Shown piece by piece: positions 16,480 to 30,800 of a stretch of 64,000 nt of DNA; positions within the stretch are counted from its first letter, which is position 1; each line of letters starts with the position of its first letter. The translations under genes were made by a program, and so were the position numbers. The stretch lies in contig CM035357.1 in assembly GCA_020137815.1 (NCBI GenBank), positions 1,612,001 through 1,676,000 on the forward strand, in the 5' to 3' direction. The DNA is from Hormiphora californensis (Eukaryota > Animalia > Ctenophora). A model generated the notes under the pieces. That model did not search any database, was not told the origin of the DNA, and was given only the letters and a program-made list of their open reading frames with translations.

Positions 16480-18463
16480 CTAACTTCTCTTCTGCACAAT
16501 AACCGCATTCAGCAGCCCCGCCTGAGATATGGACTGGGATTCCTCCGCCAGTACTTTGTTAGGGAAGGTCGTCATAAGACTGTAGGTTGGGGGGCCGTCT
16601 GGTCTACTCAGGTTGATGAAACCCCTGATATCTCCCACTGTGTGTGAGTGGTTGAACTTGCTGACCAACCTTGTTCCATCAGCTAGACGGATCTGAGAGG
16701 GGGAGGGAGTTGGGTGGTTAGGGAGTTGGGTGGTTAGGGAGTTGGGTGGTTAGACGGATCTGAGAGGGGGAGGGAGTTGGGTGGTTAGGGAGTTGGGTGG
16801 TTAGATTGATCTGAGAGGGGGAGGGGGGAGTTAGAGGGGGTTAGAGGGGGAGGGAGTTGGGTGGTTAGAGGGGGAGGGAGTTAGAGGGGGAGGGAGTTGG
16901 GTGGTTAGAGGGGGAGGGAGTTAGAGGGGGAGGGAGTTGGGTGGTTAGAGGGGGAGGGAGTTTGGTGGTTAGAGGGGGAGGGAGTTGGGTGGTTAGAGGA
17001 GAATTACTGCATAGAACACTAAAATGTAATTACCTCAACAATTTAAAATTTATATATACCCTATTAAGTCTAGTGGATGCAGGTTTCCACTAGACTATAT
17101 TCCCCTGCCAGTACCTGAATTGACGTAGTAGGTTGACTCTCGTCAAGGTTAACGCTAGGTTTAGTGGCGGTGGGAGGGTTGGTGGGGGCGACATTGGGAG
17201 CGGCAACATGTGGAGCGGGGCTACCCAATCTATGTCCACTCCCTGAAATAGAACCTCATTAAAAGACAGTAATCACGACAATTAATTGGAATTGGACGAT
17301 AAGTAGTTTTGTAGAAACCCGCAATATTGGGAATCCTAATGAGGTAGTACACAACAATAACAAGGATTCTATGTTGCACCTGAGAAAGGTCTGAGGACGG
17401 GTTTGGGTGGCACAAAGTCCTCCCCTCGTTTATCTACCATGTTTACGTGGACTTCAGCAGCACCCCGCTGTAACTCTCTGGGGATCTCTCTGGATGGATG
17501 GGAGAGTTATAACTTTCAATTCCATACTAAACCGAAACAAATCGAAAGATAATATACTAGGATGAGACTTATAATTCCATATAGTAGACTCCGAAAAACC
17601 CCCCATTACATACCCCCGCATGACGGACCCAAGGAATTCCTTGTTAGTTGGATCATCAATTTTCCTAATCGGACCATCGTCAACACTAAACCCATTCTTC
17701 CAAAATGTTATTGTCCTCTCTGTGTCCTCTGGTTCCTGTTGTTGGTTGTTAACTGCCGGCACACTTCCAGAGGAGGCAGAGGGTTCGTTACCCAGACGGA
17801 AGCCGCTCCCAGCAAAAGTTGTGTCTTTCTTCTTACTTGCAGCTTGTCCTGGGTCTCCTACAACCTCGGCACCGTGTCTGGATAATTGGGCAAAATGATT
17901 AGAAAATAACACAAACGAATAGTGACAGGAAATCAACTAATTGATCTTTACTCACTTTTTCGCTGAATCGAAAACATCCTGGACTCCTATCCTGTCCTTT
18001 TTAGGACCCTTAATAATCTGTCCACTGTGCTCGCTACCCCCTGCATAGTAACCCGGACCCTCTTCCTCTTCGTCCGATCCATCGTCCCTGCCCAATGAGG
18101 CTAGGGTTCCAAACCTGTGGAGTTAAAACATATTGGCACCATGTTAATTACTATTGTATACTCCACTGTTGTATACTCCACCAAGCATTTAGTTAATTGT
18201 AAAAATTCAAGCAAAGGTTCGTACCGGGATACGGGTGCAGTTGGTCGGGAGGGAGCACTGTCGCCAGTTGCAACAGGTGCAGTAGCAATCGGGGCTGCAG
18301 GAGGTAACTCCTCTACCTCATCAGTCATTTCCGGTTCAGCATAGAAACTGTTGAGGGCACTTTCCAACTGCCAGTTTCCTGAGCCAAGGAAAAACTCAGC
18401 TCGCTCTGCATCGCACCCGGCGATGCTGCAAAACTGGCTGATCAGCTCGTCACGATCGGACAT
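16480..18463 (-). CDS. NSFL1C: p47 / NSFL1 cofactor (UBA-SEP-UBX p97 adaptor); exons 18463-18225, 18114-17956, 17877-17614, 17489-17380, 17242-17115, 16692-16480
   Basis: UBA-like [45 protein letters not shown] domain [58 protein letters not shown]. Confidence 0.92.
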
Positions 18464-19366
18464 ACTTGGGCCAAATCAAATTAACGCTTCATCCCTAAAT
18501 GTTTCAAAGGATTTAAACAGTGTAGTAACTGTGATTTGAAGAGTGTTAAGCGAAAATCGCAGGACAGGAAGAAAAAATCGCAAAACAGAAACACAAAGTG
18601 TGGTAAAAAAGAAAGAAAAATCCATATAATAATTTCCAAAATGTTAGTCCGATAATTGTTTTCTCCCTACTCCTCCTACAGTTTTTGAGCTAGACCCCTG
18701 AAAATTTGTACACTGGTACTTTGGACCAAGGCGGGTGTAAGTACGGGCTCAGATTTTTGATCCGATCTTTACAACAGTGACGTCACGGGGTGACGTCATT
18801 GCGACAAAAAGACTTACATTTTTCAAACGCTTCTAAGACCCTGAAAACGGCTCTAAATCAAAAAACTAACGCAATAGTGGGGAAAGAGAATCGTTTGAAC
18901 TTCATTTTACTTGATAGCAATTTCCCGTAACTCAATGTTTAAGGGTCGTAAATCGCGTCGGGAAAGTTAAAAATGCCAAAAATACGATATTTTTCACCGT
19001 AGCCACCCAAAATCTTATCCAATCGATATGAAACTTGGTCGTTATGTGAATTTTAATGTCCTTTGGCCAGGGGTTCCCGGAAAACGGATTGGCAAGATGA
19101 GAACTGACCGGAGTTCTTATAATTCTAAATTTTAAAAGGAACACGTGTGCGGGTGTACCATAGGTATATTGCGAATTTGGAATTTTTCGTCGACTTTTTT
19201 TTGGGGAGGAAATTTTCAATACAATGAATTTTAAAATTTTACACTGCGCGCGTAATTCTAGGTTCCGCGCGCGGCGTAAAAAAGCAGCGCTTTTTTGGGA
19301 AAATTCGCGCGTTACAATAAACGATTTACCCGCCTCGCCAAAATTGTAACGCGCTCCTACTATTAA

Positions 19367-19681
19367 AGTCCATTTTTATTCAACTGTTCACCCTCCAACT
19401 CGTGCGCGTGCGATATTTGAATTTACGCTGCGCGCGCTACACGTTAACATGTGATAGACGCGCAAAAAATTCCGCGCACGACTTTGGGGGGTGAACAGTT
19501 GAAAAAAAATGGAGTATACTCATTGCTCTATACTCCATTTTTTTTCAACTGTTCACCCCCCAAAGTCGTGTGCGGAATTGTTTTGCGCGTCTATCACATG
19601 TTAACGTGTTTGGCGCGCAGCGTAAATTTAAATATCGCACGCGCATGAGTTGGAGGGTGAACAGTTGAATAAAAATGGACT
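19367..19681. mobile_element. 315-bp near-perfect palindromic MITE flanked by TTAA (Kolobok/piggyBac-like), inside a larger repeat block ~18.63-20.04 kb
   Basis: TTAA|AGTCCATTTTTATTCAAC...GTTGAATAAAAATGGACT|TTAA. Confidence 0.8.
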
Positions 19682-20130
19682 TTAAGGAACAAACGGAAAA
19701 CGTTAAAATCTGGGTGCCTTTCATTGCTAACAGTTCGTAGTTTTGGCGCGCGCGACGGGTTAGGGCTATCCGTTAGGGTCTGGTTAGGGTTTGGTTTGGG
19801 GTTATCGGTTAGGGCCATCGATTCTCTAACTGATACCGTTTAGTTTACTCAAATCGGCCATGTGGTTCCATGGCTATAGCCGTTTGAAAAAAGTCGGTCT
19901 AACTATACTCTTTTGGTAGCGCGCACCTGTAAACAGGCTGCAAGGCACCCAGATTATAATCGCGCCCGGAACAAACAAATTAATTTATCTTTTAAAAATC
20001 AAACACAAATGTCACCGGTTATATGAGGATAAATTACCATTGAGGCGTAGAGGAATTGGGGAAGCTACGCTGACTGAAATCATCTAGGGGGGTCTGACCG
20101 CCAGTACTGAATTGGTAGTGTTGACGGTGG

Positions 20131-21428
20131 TCACAAACGTCCTCCCCATCTAGTCACTCCTGAATAGAACCTCATTAAAAGACAGTAATCACGACAATTA
20201 ATTGGAATTGGACGATAAGTAGTTTTGTAGAAACCCGCAATATTGGGAATCCTAATGAGGTAGTACACAACAATAACAAGGATTCTATGTTGCACCTGAG
20301 AAAGGTCTGAGGACGGGTTTGGGTGGCACAAAGTCCTCCCCTCGTTTATCTACCATGTTTACGTGGACTTCAGCAGCACCCCGCTGTAACTCTCGGGGGA
20401 TCTCTCTGAATGGATGGGAGAGTTCCATACTAAACCGAAACAAATCGAAAGATAATGTACTAGGATGAGACTTATAATTCCATAGTAGACTCTAGGCTAG
20501 AGGGACTCCGAAAAAACCCCACCATTACATACCCCCTCATGACAGAACCAAGGAATTCCTTGTTTGTTGGATCATCGATCTTCCTAATTGGACCATCGTC
20601 CACACTAAACCCATTCTTCCAAAACGTTATTGTCCTCTCCGTGTCCTCTGGTTCCTGTTGTTGGTTGTTAACTGCCGGGACACTTCCAGAGGAGGCAGAG
20701 GGCTCGTTACCCAGACGGAAGCCGCTCCCAGCAAAAGTTGTGTCTTTCTTCTTGCTTGCAGCTTGTCCTGGGTCTCCTACAACCTCGGCACCGTGTCTGA
20801 ATAATTGGGGAAAATGATTAGAAACTAACACACAAACGAATAGTGACAGGAATTCAACTAATTGATCTTTACTCACTTTTTTGCTGAATCGAAAACATCC
20901 TGGACTCCTATCCTGTCCTTTTTAGGACCCTTAATAATCTGTCCACTGTGCTCGCTACCCCCTGCATAGTAACCTGGGCCCTCTTCTTCTTCGTCCGATC
21001 CATCGTCCCTGCCCAATGAGGCTAGGGTTCCAAACCTGTGGAGTTAAAACATTGGCACCATGTTAATTACTGTTGTATACTCCACCAAGCATTTAGTAAA
21101 TTGACAAGGGTGTAGGAATAGGGGCGAGGGGGGTTGACAGCTCCCCCCACTTTTGGAATCAATTAATAATTGAGAAGTCAAGCAAAGGTCCGTACCGGGA
21201 TGCGGGTGCAGTTGGTCGTGAGGGAGCAATGTCGCCAGTTGCAACAGGTGCAATCTGGGCTACAGGAGGTAAATCCTCTACCTCATCAGTCATATCTGGT
21301 TCAGCATAGAAACTGTTGAGGGCACTTTCCAACTGCCAGTTTCCAGAGCCAAGGAAAAACTCAGCTCGCTCTGCATCGCACCCGGCGATGCTGCAAAACT
21401 GGCTGATCAGCTCGTCACGATCGGACAT
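20131..21428 (-). pseudogene. NSFL1C: Tandem partial duplicate of p47 (exons 1-4, no UBX); may encode a truncated UBA-SEP protein or alternative 5' exons
   Basis: Near-identical exons 1-4 with intact splice sites; homology stops a few bases into exon 5 (~20155), frame ends FSGVTRWGGRL*. Confidence 0.7.
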
Positions 21429-21893
21429 ACTTGGGCCAAATCAAATTAACGCTTCATCCCTAAATGTTTCAAAGGATTTAAACAGTGTAGTAACCATGAT
21501 TTGAAGAGTGTTAAGCGAAAATCACAGGACAGAAAAAGACATCGCAAAACAGAAACACAAACTGTGGAAAAAAGTAAAATGTGCAAGTTTGCAACTCAAA
21601 AAGTAAGTGCGCGTCGCTAAATGCAGCGTTTAATTAATAAAATTTAGCGCGTTACAGTTTTATTTCAAATATGCAGCGTAACATTGGTGACGAAGATGGA
21701 CGAGAAGTTGCCATGAAAATTTTACAGCTTTTTTCTTAACTTTTCCCACCGTGTTTTTGTTTTCTGTGGCGCCTGCCGCCTCTCTTTCAACCTCCCTAGG
21801 TCCTTCGATAGTTACTAACATACCATAATGTTTTTAGGATATAATGTAATGAAGGGATCTTCGTTTGTCGTGCGATGATCAGCCCACAATTGG

Positions 21894-24800
21894 ATGGAAG
21901 CACCTCTCCCTCGACCTAAAAAAGCGAAGAGCAAAAAACGAAAAGAACGAACAAGTCAGAATGATTCCCTCCCGGCTGTTGAAGACAAGATATTAAATGC
22001 CCCCTCAGCATCTCGTTTGTTGGAAGAGTTTGTACCCAGCGACCAAGATGTCATCAGTTACAATGATAGCACTGAGGACCAGCCATCATGTTCGTCCGAC
22101 CAAACTCCCCTAAATAACCTTGACATTAACTCCTCTCTGAGGGACAGTCTGCTTAGAAAAAGCCAGTTAAATGTTCTGGAGTGTTCGTCAGAACAGACAA
22201 TTGTGCCAGAACAAGAGGGCGAGGGTGTCGGAGGTAGTATTCTTGAACGACACTCCGAATCAGAGTTCGAAACTGCTCATCTTGAACAACCACGAGAAGC
22301 AGAGATAGACCAACTGTACCCAAGTTTAGATGAGGGATTTTATCAGTCTCGACTCCGATCACCCACTCCGGACGACGTCGAGAAACTCTCCCTCCAGATC
22401 TCAGAGGCCCAACTTGATGGAATCGCCCCGGTACAGACGGGAAACACCCCCGAGCAGACCAGCTGGGTTCCTCCCTCTGCTCCCTCTGAATTTGAAGAGG
22501 AGCATGATACGGTATCCCTGATCAGCGAACACAGTACCCTTCACCATCTCTCACTCCAGACACTGGTATACGATGATCAGTATGAACAGAAGTTACAGAA
22601 CTGTTACCAGTGTATATCTCCCTCTCAGTCAGTCCCCAGTTTTGAGGAACTGAACAAGGAACTGCTGATAAACGAGCTGAAAACATTTTACCACAATCCC
22701 CAACTGGCCACCAACGAGGAATTCCTGAAGGATTTCATTGGATTGTGCGAGAACCCTAACCATGATCTCCACAACCTGTTGCTAAGGTATCAAGCTGCGA
22801 GGCAGAGTTTCCTAGATCACAATCGGACAATTGAGGAGCACATTTCCAAGTACCATCGATCCCGGGAGACAATTTGGACATTTTCCAAGGATAAACGGAT
22901 AGAACACGGCTTCTGTGCCGATCACATCAAAGTCACACACTCAGAATCATGTTCCAAGGCTGTGTGTCATCCAGAGACACAGAAAGAGGTATCTGACAGC
23001 TTGGAATCAATTCAAGAGAACTGTGCAGCACCCCTGGCTCTCTCCCAGTACAATTGGAAGATAGCCCACCACCAGGTGGAGCAATACATGGTAAAACTAA
23101 TCCACCAGAGCCCACCCCTCTACTCAGAACAAGTGACGTCATTCGTTCCAGGCACCCAGGTGCCATGGGAGCTTGTCCATCAGACTTCAAACCTCCGGAT
23201 ATCCATATCAATCCTGTTCCACTTCAAGCGACAGACATTGAGTGATGATGTTTTTGCTGGTGATATTGACCGATGGTTGTCAATTCTCATTGGCTACCTT
23301 CTCCGAACTGCGACCCTCCTAGACCACCGGTTTATCTTAAATCACCTACTCAGATGTCCAACAGGTTTCTCATTCTGGGGCAGTAAATTCCTTCAGTTTG
23401 TGTGGGCTGAATACCCCGTGTGCTCTCTCTCCTCAAACCCCGTTATCGATCACTTCTTCCTGCTTTATGTTACACTCATATCACCACTATCGGAGCGGGA
23501 CAACATGCTGGCCAATTACGAGGCGCCCGTCCAGGATAGTGACCCCGCTGAGTGGTCCCTGTTGGACGAGCTTGGAGAGGTGGAAGTCGCGGGGAAGCAG
23601 CTACTGGAACGGGATTATCTCGAGCTCCTGGGCCAGTTTAACTTCGGATTGTTCTTCAGGGAGCTCCTCAGACACCCCACACCAGAGGATTTCATGAAGG
23701 GACGACAGGATATGTCAGAGCGAGATGTAATGATGTTGTTTAGTATGTGTCTTCAGTGCATAACCCATATTAAGGAGGCCTTTACCTACCTTGATTTTAC
23801 ACGATACAGAAACTTTTGCCAGCGCAATGCCCGGATTATGACCACTCTCGTCATGTTCGTCTCCGATTATTACTACTTTTTTGAGTGGTACGGTGGGAGA
23901 TTTGAACGATTTTCAATGACACTGGACACGGACAAGAACAAGTTGCTGACAATGCACAACTTTGTTTTTGAGGAGGGGTTCCGATGTCTCGCGGAGACCA
24001 GTAACGCCTCTCTCTGGCAATTCCTAACCGAACTCCCCTACCAACGAGTTTCAATAAAAGTTCTGTGGAAGCTGTACTGTTTCCTTCACCAGATCAACCC
24101 CGACAGGTGCATCAGGAGCTCGATACTCCGGGATGGTTCCCCTTATGAGATCGTCACAAAACTATACAAATCAGCCAGGTTTCAGAGGAGGTTGGAGAGT
24201 CTATCTGACGAGGACTGTACCTACATGGTTAACATCTTCAGCCGAATGGCTCTCTCCCGCGAACCAAACGACAGTTTTGTCAGTGTCATAGCCCTGGATA
24301 TATATCATATTGGGGTTACTGCACCGGCTGATAAACAGTCCACTGACCATGCTAGTAAAGTTTGTCTCAGCAGTATTATTGATCACAGTCCTGCGGTGGT
24401 GTCAGCGATACTGGTTAATATGGAGAAACCTACACTGAAAGATCTACCAAATAATCTTAGGTTAGTGCTGATTGTACTTGGCTCTTCTTCTAAAACATAA
24501 TCGAATGTAAATGTAGGAGAGGTTTGTAGTTAGGAAATTAGATAGAGGGACAATAAAAACAAGGGATTAAGGGATAATGTGGTCAAGTGGTTAAGTGGTG
24601 CAGGTGGTTATACCAGCTGGGTCACACCGTTGCCATAGTAACACATGATTTCTGTTCAGGTTATTCAAAGGTATTTCATTACAACAGTGGTTGCCAAGGG
24701 ATGAAGATTTTAGCCTTCTGATAACGTGGCTCCAAACAGCAGCTCTAACGTCCCTTACCAATCAACTTAGTCGCATCATTCTCAAAGGTATGGCAAGTAA

Positions 24801-27800
24801 ATGACCAAATTATTCTTTCACCGATGACAGATAGAAGACGATCTTTAATGGTACATCCGAATTCCGAAAGGATGATCCGGCACTATGATGATGAACAAAC
24901 CTATACTACTAATTCAATGATATTATTTATTACACTCTTTCCCCACGATCAGGATTAAATTGGGGTAGCCACGATCAGCGTCTGTTTATCCCTGCTGAAT
25001 ATCATCGAAAGATTGCAGTTATGATCGTTGCTGCCCACTCCTACCACCTTCCTGACCGACCTGGTTATCTTATCCACTCTGCAGTACCTGATTTTACCAA
25101 ACATGTCAGCAATGTTGAAAAGGTAAGAGAGCTATTACATGTCAGCAATGTTGAAAAGGTAAGAGAGCCGATTATTACATTTAACTCTGAACTACAAACA
25201 CAAACACGAGTGTTTTAACAGAAAACAATTGTTTCAAACTCTGAACTATGTAATCATTGTTTTATAGTTAACTGTTAACAAACATAGAATGCTGGCCCTG
25301 GGGGATTGAATGCCCCGCGAACCGACCGAAACAAGTAAACAACCGATCAGAACTCGTTATTTAGGTCACGTGACTGGTTATCAGCCAATCAGGGACCAGT
25401 ATTTCCTGATTCGGTCGGTTCCTGTAATGCCCCCTTTTGTTCCCTGGAAAACAATCCCGTTATCTATATTATAAAGCAGAGAACCTTGCAAGACAATTGG
25501 TTTTTTGGGGGGTTTTAGGGCTTGCACGTGGAAAATTGACGTGTTGTTAGGGGTGTTTGGTGGGGTTTGGGGCGTGCACGTGCGTGTGTAAAGGTTTTAT
25601 AAATTTGGGGGATAATAGCTCTTTGGAAAGAGCTTGACATTATCTTTCTAATGAGCCTTGGAATTTTGAAATTGGTTGAGAAATGACCGAGTTATGAGGG
25701 AAATGGTGATAATCAAACCTGGCTATTAAAGATTCAGAAGGAAAGGTGCTGGTTTGCATTATAACGTGTACAGCTTTTATAATGGCCGATCGTTAATAGA
25801 AAAAAACATTAATGCAGATTCTAGAACCATCAAGATACCACGCGAAAACTATCCACAGTTTTCTTGTTCTATGGAAAGGTTGTGTTCTAACCCTCCTTCT
25901 GTAAAAGAAGGGCGGAACACAACTTTGAATATATATTTAATTGATAAAGCATTGTTGTATGTGATGGGGGGGATGTGGTGTGTTGTGGCTCCAGGCAGCT
26001 ATCGTCACAACTTTTTTGCTCCTCTATATCTCCCAAATATAGTATGTTATAAAGGACAGGACCACAATTGATTATAGTACGCTAAGCGTAGCTTTTCATT
26101 TCCCTGCGCCAGGACGCTGTAGCGGCTAGTTGAGTTCCATCCGCAGTTCGCCATTCACAGCAGACGCATAAATATGCGTCCCGCATTCAATAATGATAAT
26201 GCACTTCTATTTTAAGCCTAATGATTCAAGAATTCAATAACCTTTGTGTCTTAACCGATTTCTTTGACTCTAGAGTTCGATATTTTGCAAAATGTTCCTT
26301 CTCGTCCTCCTCCTTCCTAATGTGCTCCAATCGACCATGATTGATGGTGTTCAGCCGGATATACCAAACTATATAGCCTTCTACCCCATCACTAAACAAG
26401 AGTGCGTACTAAACTGTTATCTTGATGAGGAGTGCAAAGCGGTCTATTTCTACCCCGGGAACGGGACCTGCTTTGCCTACGATCGTATCAGTGTTACTTA
26501 CACCGACACCGAGAAAGATAAAGATGAACCTGCTGAAATGATGATGACGGTAGTTGATATGGATGCCGGATTGTTTGCCTCAATGCCCCTGGAGCTGGGT
26601 GTGGTCGATATACCCACTCCGGGGGTCAGTGTCCTTATCATGGACAGGTACGGATATTGCTTCACGTTCACACCACAAGGCACTGCCGAGTTTGTGACGA
26701 CAGACTGCAGCTTTTACTCGAAATTTTCCGTTGTGGCAACTGAAAATGAGAGGATTATAACTCTCCGGATAAAGAATGTTAGGTGTTTATACTTTGACAC
26801 TGATGGACCGAAACTGACGAAGGATTGTGAGGATGAAAGGGCACGTCTACCAACCACTCAGATTCTAATTAACCATACCTCAGTTGATTTAACCAACTAC
26901 CAAATGTACCAGTATCGCGAGTACACAGTATGCCAAACCTCCCAGGTCATGGACTACCTTCCAAACGCTTTTGTCCTACGGAAGAATGAAAATCCTTTGC
27001 TAAACCCAGGCTGGAAATTAGAAGCCTTGTGCAGGAAGGGCTTCCGGCTGAAGAGTGATCCAAGGGCCAACTTCTTCTACATAGAATGCCAGGAAAATGG
27101 AGAGTGGTTATACAATGACGTGTGTGTAGCGATAGATACCGATGCAGATGTCAAACATGATTATGTTGAGGAACCTGGGGAAACAGTTAACTGTACGTGT
27201 GAGTGTGGGATCCTTGGACAGCTGGCCACCATTGACAAGATCCTCGTTACTGTCTTCCTCGTCTCATCCTACATTATTGTCGCCGTGGCAGCGAGAATTC
27301 AACCCAGGAATGGGTGAAAATTGTTTAGTGCAAAGTTGCGTTGCTAAACGACTGTGCTCCTTCATCAACACAATTATTGTCGCCGTGGCAGCGAGGATTC
27401 AACCCAGGAATGGGTGAACATTGGATCGTGTGGTACGATCCACAACCAGCAAGATATCAGCTTAAGGTTTTCTGAAAGGGAGTGCGGTAAAAACTGGTTA
27501 AAACTGTTTACGGCTGTCGGCTTATTTGTTGGTACTTTGTCGATTATATTTCGAAGTTTGCAGAGCAAAAAGAATTATGGAACACGGAAATTTCAATCAA
27601 TGTATTTAAAACTGTTACGCTAAGGATGATATTATATCGCAACTTGCTCTACTTGCCTACTTTCAAGTGAATAACGAAAGAGTGCGATTTTATCAGTAAT
27701 TGTTATTGTTTAAATGGTGATGCTTTGTTCTAGTTTACAAGCCGATCGTTTCTTTTGTCCTTAGTCCTAGGTAAACTAAATCAAATCAACTAGTAACTAC

Positions 27801-30800
27801 CAATACATCGTTATCCCTCCCCTAACTTTCTATCTCTCTTCACTTTCTATTTCCCCTAACTTTCTATCTCTCTTCACTTTCTATCTCTCTTCACTTTTTA
27901 TCTCTTTTCAGAACACGTTTGCCCGGTGGTGCTGGGAGGTCCTTCTCCTGCTGTGTCTTCACAAGACTGACCTGGCAGAACACGACTCCCGTTCCAGGAA
28001 AATAAACAAACAAATGAGGTGAGAACTGAGTGATGAGTGGTTGATTAGAGCTCAATGACATTCCTTGATGAGTGGGTGATTATTTAATATTTGCATTACC
28101 TCACCATGCAATGGTATCATTGCCCCATTTTCGATTGGAATGATCATATTTATTCGCGATCACCCGGCAAAGCTCTGCAAAGCTTGACAAAGCTTGACAA
28201 CTCTTTGCAAAGAGCTTTTCAAAGCTCCATAAATCTGACCAACCACATATTACATAATACAGTTGGACCCCGATTTAACGGCACCCTCGGGGGAAAGGGA
28301 TTTTGTCCGTTAAATCGGGGTGTCCGATAAATCGGGGCCCGACTGTATATAGGATTATAATAAGGGAAACCAGAGTATGAGAGTAATTTTTGGGAAAAAT
28401 AACTAAAGGTGAATTTTTACTGCAACCTATGAACATTCACAAAACGGAACATTATAAATATCTCACGTTGAAACCTTTTTCGACAACAAAAAGTCCAGGG
28501 TAAAATCACTCTGAATGTGAAAACCTTTATCCTTTTTAGAACTAATGCAATTCTGTTTGAATCTTTTTGAAGAAAATCGTCCAGGAACCGACCGAAACAA
28601 GTAAACAACCAATCAAAACTCGTTATTTAGGTCACGTGACTGGTTATCAGCCAATCAGGGACCAGTATTTCCTGATTCGGTCGGTTCCTGCTGTCTACCC
28701 CTTGTGTTCATACACTTCAATCTCCGTGAACTCAAGACAGTCCCCCGTAGATTTATAAAACCAGAGTCCAAATCCACTTTTACCACCGCAATCCAGCCAG
28801 TACGTCTGATCCTCCACTGATTCTCCATCCCGCACATGGATGGTGTCAACAGTGCACGATGCCATTGAGTTATAGCCTTCATCCAACATCGCGTACACTA
28901 TCACCCCATCCAATCGAGCCCTGGAATTGAATAATTAGTAAATAATTGTATAATTAGTAACCATCGAGATTTACTCTTTGAAACACCCTGAATATCTTGT
29001 TATGTATACGAAACAGAGTCTAGCTAGGCAATGAATATCACAGTTCTTGAGTTGGTTGAGTCAAGAAATCAATTATACCTGTTCCAGTTGAATTTCCCAT
29101 TAATGACTTTGATTTTTCCAATGCTATACCGTCCATCGAAAAAGTACTTGAACCACTGATCTTGACCACTACACTCAGTGTGACTTGCAGTATTTAGATC
29201 TCCGTCAACCGCATTCTCAGCTGAAAAGATTACACCACGGGTTACAAAGTACAGTTATACAGTACAGTTATACAGTACAGTTTTATGGAAACAGTTGGTT
29301 TAGGCACACGATGCAGGGCGGTTGAGGGTTCAGATCAAAATGGCAAAGAACTAACCTGCAAGATCATAGTACTGGGAAGACATAGAAACTCTAGATGCCC
29401 TCAAGAACTTTCCTTGTTGGACATCATTATTATCTCCACAAGTGTTGCAGGTTTTCCTACAGTTGTCCCTCATAAACTGAAGGAACTCCGCGGAATCACA
29501 ATAACTTGCCCACGTGGGACATTTCTCACTGTATTCTTCATTGTCATAGCAATCACTAATCGAGTCATCATGATCATCTCCATGACACGCGTTACAACTT
29601 TTCTTACAGTCCACTAACATGGTTGCCGCTTCACTCTCACACTGCCCAGCCGCTGCCCGGTGATCACATCCTGGCATTTTGTTCACACAGTCAGGATCAT
29701 CAATCTCCTCCTCCTTACATAGACCACAAGTCTTCTTACAGTTGTCCCTCATGAATTGGACGTAGTTCTCGGCGTCACAATAACTCTCCCACGTGGGGCA
29801 GTTCTCACGATACTCTGCACTATCATCACAGACGCCACCATCATCATCACCATCATATTCATCATCATAGAGATCTTTTCCAATCAACCAAACCCCTTCA
29901 GTAGCAAAATGACAGATGTTCCGGCCGCGTTTAATGAAAATGAACCCCTTGTCCCCCCAGTCGGAGCCCCATGAGTTCTTTACCTCCCAGGAATACTGGT
30001 CATACCCAACCACTGCTACTGCGTGCCACACGCCACTTTCCTCTACCCAGCAACCATCGTAGTGGCCTGACCTTAGGAGGGGGGAGGTTGTTGTTCTAAC
30101 CCTCCTTTACATTTTTATAAAGAGCGTCGAGCAAGGCAAGAGGGATGAGTTATACGTGGGGGGGGGGGTGGCTGAACTTCAGTCACCACCCCCTGTTGAC
30201 AGTGACACGTGAAACGGGAGGGCAGGGAAACACAGAATTATGAATACATAATCATGATAATGCAATGATTCTTGTTAAAGAGCGTCGAGCAATGCAAAAG
30301 GGATGAGTTATACGTGGGGGGGGGGGGGGGCTGAACTTCACCCCCTATACGTGCAGCCGACTACCTATGTTTTTTAGTAACCACCGACCCTGAAACTGGT
30401 GTAACTACCGCAACTCAACCCTAAAACAACTCACCTGTAGGCATAGAAATCGTCTTCAATTCGTAAAGAACTGGTAACCGGTCCATCCTGAAGAGCGTTA
30501 ACCATTAAATTATCTTGTTCACTGACACTCACTGTTGGCTCATAAAACCATTTGATCTCGTTAATCTTTACTTCACTCTCAAACACGTTCTTGTGGGACG
30601 TGTAACTACAGTATCGGTCCTGTCCTGAGAGTTAGAAACAGTGGTAAAAGCGAGGAAATCTCCAATATAAGATAATATATAGAACAGACTAGAAGATCTG
30701 AATTTAGCGAAACCAATTTGAGTCCTATATTATTACCTGCATACTGAGCACTACTTGCAGCCCAAGCATAGTTTGTTTTGTTGACCCACCTGATGAAGAA

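Noticed and set aside
16700-17000. Interstitial telomere
   Set aside because: Only scattered TTAGGG/TTAGAG within a degenerate G-rich minisatellite; no pure array.
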